This document shows positions 60,575-64,000 of a DNA stretch of 64,000 nucleotides, piece after piece. A program made the position numbers and the translations under genes. How positions within the stretch are numbered: position 1 is the first letter of the stretch; the number at the start of each line of letters is the position of its first letter. The notes under the pieces were generated by a model. It was given only the letters and a program-made list of their open reading frames with translations. It did no database searches and had not been told where the DNA came from. The stretch covers positions 10,072 to 74,071 of the forward strand of contig JANLSU010000121.1 in assembly GCA_031362565.1 (NCBI GenBank), in the 5' to 3' direction. The stretch comes from a bacterium (GTDB lineage: Bacteria > Krumholzibacteriota > Krumholzibacteriia > G020349025).

Positions 60575-61425
60575 TCATTCCTCTCGACTGCACGGGGCGG
60601 AGTTTTGGGGGCCGCCGTCTCGCCGCTGTCGCGCGTGGGCGGTTGTGTCGCCGCGGGAGCTGGGTCCGAATCGACGAGAAAATCGGGGGTGCCATCCAGC
60701 AAGTGACTCACGAGCTCGATGCTCGTCGAAATGACCTGTGGCTTACCCTCGATGAGGGCGTTTTCGACCGCGAGGTCGGTCTGAGCTTCAATCCGCAGCA
60801 GGTCGCTGTCGATTTCCTCGAGTGTCTGCTGGCGACGGCTCAGACTGGTCAGTCGTTTCCGCAAAATAGCCAGCGTCGCGGCCTTCGAATCCCGCAAGGA
60901 TCCCGGGCCCTGGTTGGCCGCGAGCTCACGCTCCAGAGCGGCGATTTGGCGTTGGATTTGCGTTTCGATCTGGGCGGATTCGGCGGCCTGCAGGTCCTGA
61001 TCGGCGATCAGCAAGTCCAAGTAGTAGTCCCGCAACTTGTCCAGCGCCGCGAGGTTCCCGTCGACCAAGAACCGCTCGATTTGGCGATCGCTATACAGTT
61101 GTGCGACACGCGCGCACTTCTGGTCCAGGAGCGCATACCGGCGGCGCCTGGGCTCGTCGAGCCGCTTGACCTGCGCGCCGGTCTCGACCTCCTCGATCCG
61201 CGCATCCGCCGCGAGGTCTTGAGCACGCGCGAAATTACGGAACCGTGGGTTGGACAGGAGCGCCACGAGATAGCCCGATTCCAATGCCGCGCCCAGAAAC
61301 CAGAAACCGGGGTTCGCGATTCCCAGCACAGCGAAGCACGCGAGCCCGACCACGTTGACGGGCACATCGCCTAGAAGCGGGGTATCCACCCGGGCAAAAA
61401 GGGCCTGCTTGAGAAGACGCCACAT
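60571..61425 (-). CDS. Hypothetical membrane protein with coiled-coil (PspA-associated)
   Basis: Two N-terminal TM segments followed by a long coiled coil; coupled to the AAA gene. Confidence 0.75.
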   Translation of the reverse strand: MWRLLKQALFARVDTPLLGDVPVNVVGLACFAVLGIANPGFWFLGAALESGYLVALLSNPRFRNFARAQDLAADARIEEVETGAQVKRLDEPRRRRYALLDQKCARVAQLYSDRQIERFLVDGNLAALDKLRDYYLDLLIADQDLQAAESAQIETQIQRQIAALERELAANQGPGSLRDSKAATLAILRKRLTSLSRRQQTLEEIDSDLLRIEAQTDLAVENALIEGKPQVISTSIELVSHLLDGTPDFLVDSDPAPAATQPPTRDSGETAAPKTPPRAVERNE

Positions 61426-61437
61426 GGTTCCTACTGC

Positions 61438-62196
61438 TCACTGGTTTTCTGTCGCCGGACCGAGCTTCCGCGGTGTTTCCTCGGCCGGCTGTGATCCGGG
61501 AGCCGGCGTTCCCGGAGCGAGCGCAATTCCCTCGCGCGCCGCGAACTCCGCCAATGCCTGCGCCGCAAGTGCCTTCTGCTCGCCTTCCTTCACCTCGACC
61601 GAACCCATCTCCATGCTGTCGCGTGCAACGCGTGCCCGGCCCGCTGCCTGCGTGCGTTCTTCCTCGACCATGGTGTGCAATCGGTCGAGAGTGTCGCCGC
61701 TGCCGCCGATCGTGGTAATCATCCCGGACGCCATCTCGGTCAGCTCGGCCATCGCGCGCTTGACCTTGAGATCGTCGATGCTCGATTTCAGAGCTTCGAG
61801 CTTGGCACGCGCCGCTTGCACACTGACATCGCGCGCCTTGACGAGGTCTTTGTAGGTTGTCTCCGCTTGTCCCAACTGGGCGCGATTCTCCTCCAGCTCG
61901 CGCGTCACCGTCTGCAGGCGAAGCGCGTACTGTCCGGCCGAATCCTGGTTTCCGGCGCGCAGATGTGCTGTGGCCTTGGCCCGCAGGTCGCGCTCTTCGG
62001 TTTCGAGCTTGCGGACTTGGGTCATCAACCTCTCGCACAGGCCCGCATGGGTGGCCAAACCTTGGTTATAACGCGCGATCTGCTCGCGCAGGTGCTCCTT
62101 TTCCACATCGAGCAGCGCCTCGGGGTTGCGCTTCTCCATCCCGGAAATGAACAGTCCCATGAACCCCCGGAACAAGTTGGCAAGCCTGCGAAACAT
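61438..62196 (-). CDS. pspA: PspA/IM30 family protein
   Basis: Amphipathic MFRRLANLFRGF, E..NPEALL, long coiled coil, terminal QALAEF helix. Confidence 0.85.
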   Translation of the reverse strand: MFRRLANLFRGFMGLFISGMEKRNPEALLDVEKEHLREQIARYNQGLATHAGLCERLMTQVRKLETEERDLRAKATAHLRAGNQDSAGQYALRLQTVTRELEENRAQLGQAETTYKDLVKARDVSVQAARAKLEALKSSIDDLKVKRAMAELTEMASGMITTIGGSGDTLDRLHTMVEEERTQAAGRARVARDSMEMGSVEVKEGEQKALAAQALAEFAAREGIALAPGTPAPGSQPAEETPRKLGPATENQ

Positions 62197-62223
62197 GATT
62201 CCTCCCTTTTGGGCGCGCAATCC

Positions 62224-63423
62224 TCAGTGTGCGCGCGCACCGTACTGGCGCTGCCAACTCGACAGCAGGTTGGAAACAACCTCGGCGCGCGGCGGCTCGC
62301 ACACCGATTTCACTTCGTTCTGCAGTCCCACGGAAGCATACGTCGTGAAGGGGCTGTTTGGGGTCAACACTGGAACGTTGGGATTTCCCGGCCGGAATCC
62401 GTGCACTAGCGCCTGTTCTTGCACCGGCTGGCTCAGCAGGAACTCGACGAATTCCTCGGCCTGGTGGCGCTGGTCGGAGCTGGTCCAAGGCGTATCGAGG
62501 ACATAGTAGGGATTGTCGTTCCAGATGTTGCGATCCGGGTAGATGACATGCAACTTGCCCCAACGTCCTTCGGCGTTGCGCAGGTTCTCGATCACAACGC
62601 TCTCGTACACGAACAGAGCATCGAAGGACGACGGGCCTTGCAGGATCATCTGGCGCATCATATTGCCGGTACTGTTCGAAAGGCCGGTGACCCCGCCTTC
62701 GATCCCCCCCATCCACTTCTGAAAACCTGGATCGAGAATGTCTTGGAGTTCGAGCCCACGGGTTTTCTTGTGATACTCGTAGGCCATTGCCACCAGCGTC
62801 ATGATGCCGCTATTCGATTGATTGGGATGAGTGTGCCCGAACTTGAAGAGACCCCAATCGCCATGCCCGGCGATTTCCTGCCAGCCGCCCTGCGCCTGTA
62901 GCGCCTTGCCGATCGTGTCGAACGACACGCTGCCGAAACACCGCACGAATGCCTGGTAGCGTTCCTCCCACATGACGAACACCATCGGGGTCAGCGCCAA
63001 CGCTTCCTCGTGTACGATGGGTGTTCCGGGCTGCTTCACCGTCCACTCTTGCAGGAAAATCTCCTTGTAGAGAGCACTCGCCGGGGACCAGACGTTGAGA
63101 CGCTTGTCGCCCGCGATGATCGCCTGCGCCGCCTCCAACGAACCGAGTGGAATCAGGTTGATCTGGACGCGCTTGCCGGCGTTCGTCTGCTGATATTCGT
63201 GGACCGCCCACTCGAGCCAGGCTTTTTTCTCCGTCCCGTAGGCGATGCCGATCTGGCCGCCGCCAGTGGGTGTCGTGGTGCTGTTGCCCGGATCAGCCGC
63301 GGTGGTGTTGCGTCCCGGGAGCTTGCCGGCAACCAGGTACCGGTACGCCAAAAAACCGCAGCCGACAATGACCACGAAGATGACGAGCTTGCCGAACCAC
63401 GTCAGTCTCGGTCCTTCGGCCAT
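62224..63423 (-). CDS. Membrane-anchored extracellular solute-binding protein (vWA-associated type)
   Basis: N-terminal TM, YGTEK, WSPAS, FKFGHTHPNQSNSG, VYES, GFRPGN. Confidence 0.8.
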   Translation of the reverse strand: MAEGPRLTWFGKLVIFVVIVGCGFLAYRYLVAGKLPGRNTTAADPGNSTTTPTGGGQIGIAYGTEKKAWLEWAVHEYQQTNAGKRVQINLIPLGSLEAAQAIIAGDKRLNVWSPASALYKEIFLQEWTVKQPGTPIVHEEALALTPMVFVMWEERYQAFVRCFGSVSFDTIGKALQAQGGWQEIAGHGDWGLFKFGHTHPNQSNSGIMTLVAMAYEYHKKTRGLELQDILDPGFQKWMGGIEGGVTGLSNSTGNMMRQMILQGPSSFDALFVYESVVIENLRNAEGRWGKLHVIYPDRNIWNDNPYYVLDTPWTSSDQRHQAEEFVEFLLSQPVQEQALVHGFRPGNPNVPVLTPNSPFTTYASVGLQNEVKSVCEPPRAEVVSNLLSSWQRQYGARAH

Positions 63424-63459
63424 TGCGGTCTTCTCCGTTCGGTAGGTCGGGCAGGGTCT

Positions 63460-63859
63460 TTAGAAGAACGTCGAGATTTCCTTGAAAACCGCGCGGATGT
63501 CCTCGGGCTTACCGGCATAGTACCGCGCTTGAGTTGCGTCGGCGATGCGCTGTAGAACGCTGCTGTTCGCGTCACTGCCATACCCAATCGTAAAAATACG
63601 GGCGACGGCCGGCTCGCCATGCGACCCGACTCGTTCGAGGAGCGCCTCTAGTTTCAGAGTGCTATTCCGGTCATCACCGTCGCTCAGCACTACGATCGCT
63701 TGGATCCGATCGTCGGCCTTGGCCTGCGCGATCTGGTCGTACGCGGCGCCGACCGCATCGTAGAGGGACGTTCCACCGTCCGCAAAGAGACCCTCGATCT
63801 TCTCGCGCAATGCGGCACGGTCGGTGCCGAGATTCGCGCTCTTCGCGACCCAGCGTAAT
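63460..63859 (-). pseudogene. vWA-domain protein, 3' part; interrupted at ~63860
   Basis: GGTSLYDAV, IVVLSDGDD, IFTIGYG present; the DxSxS MIDAS region is missing and replaced by unrelated sequence. Confidence 0.75.
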
Positions 63860-64000
63860 CCCATCTTATTCACGACAGGTGGCGTATAAAGGCTGACGCC
63901 CCTGCCCTGGACCTGGTAAACACGATGTGTCTTACGCATCGTCTACCTTACCCGGGAGGGGCGTCATGGGTGAAGAACTTACACTGTTCCGGACGGAATT
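63860..64000 (+). mobile_element. Left end of a putative IS1380-family element
   Basis: Starts CCCATCTTATTCAC after an AT-rich site; GC drops; RBS GGGAGGG then ATG at 63966 encoding MGEELTLFRTE, which resembles IS1380 transposase N-termini as I recall them. Only 141 bp are visible. Confidence 0.6.

Overview
A high-GC, gene-dense bacterial window. Several secreted proteins end either in a T9SS-like/FlgD-Ig tail ('PNPFNPTT...') or in a short 'V-x-V-x-x-x-T-W-x-x-[IV]-K-x-[LM]-Y' tail. This suggests an FCB-related candidate lineage such as Krumholzibacteriota, Latescibacterota or Eisenbacteria (inference only). The main feature is a complete but rearranged enediyne-type PKS cassette (~27.2-38.5 kb): PKSE, E10-type thioesterase, UnbL/E3, UnbV/E4 and UnbU/E5, plus one extra unknown gene. 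It is flanked by an MMPL transporter and a dehydratase/imine-reductase trio, and no typical enediyne tailoring or resistance genes were recognised. Other modules: (1) an ECF sigma with two zf-HC2 anti-sigmas and three exact GGAAC-N17-CATT promoter-like motifs; (2) an ECF sigma, membrane Ser/Thr kinase and secreted TPR-CHAT protease operon, whose kinase and protease share an RxRGIGxLxxVG motif; (3) a dockerin/cohesin surface-protein pair; (4) a vWA-SBP-PspA-X-AAA operon whose vWA gene appears cut by an IS1380-like element at the right edge; (5) several gene remnants. No rRNA, tRNA or CRISPR array was seen. All calls come from reading motifs by eye, with no database searches. Start codons are best guesses from RBS and overlap patterns.
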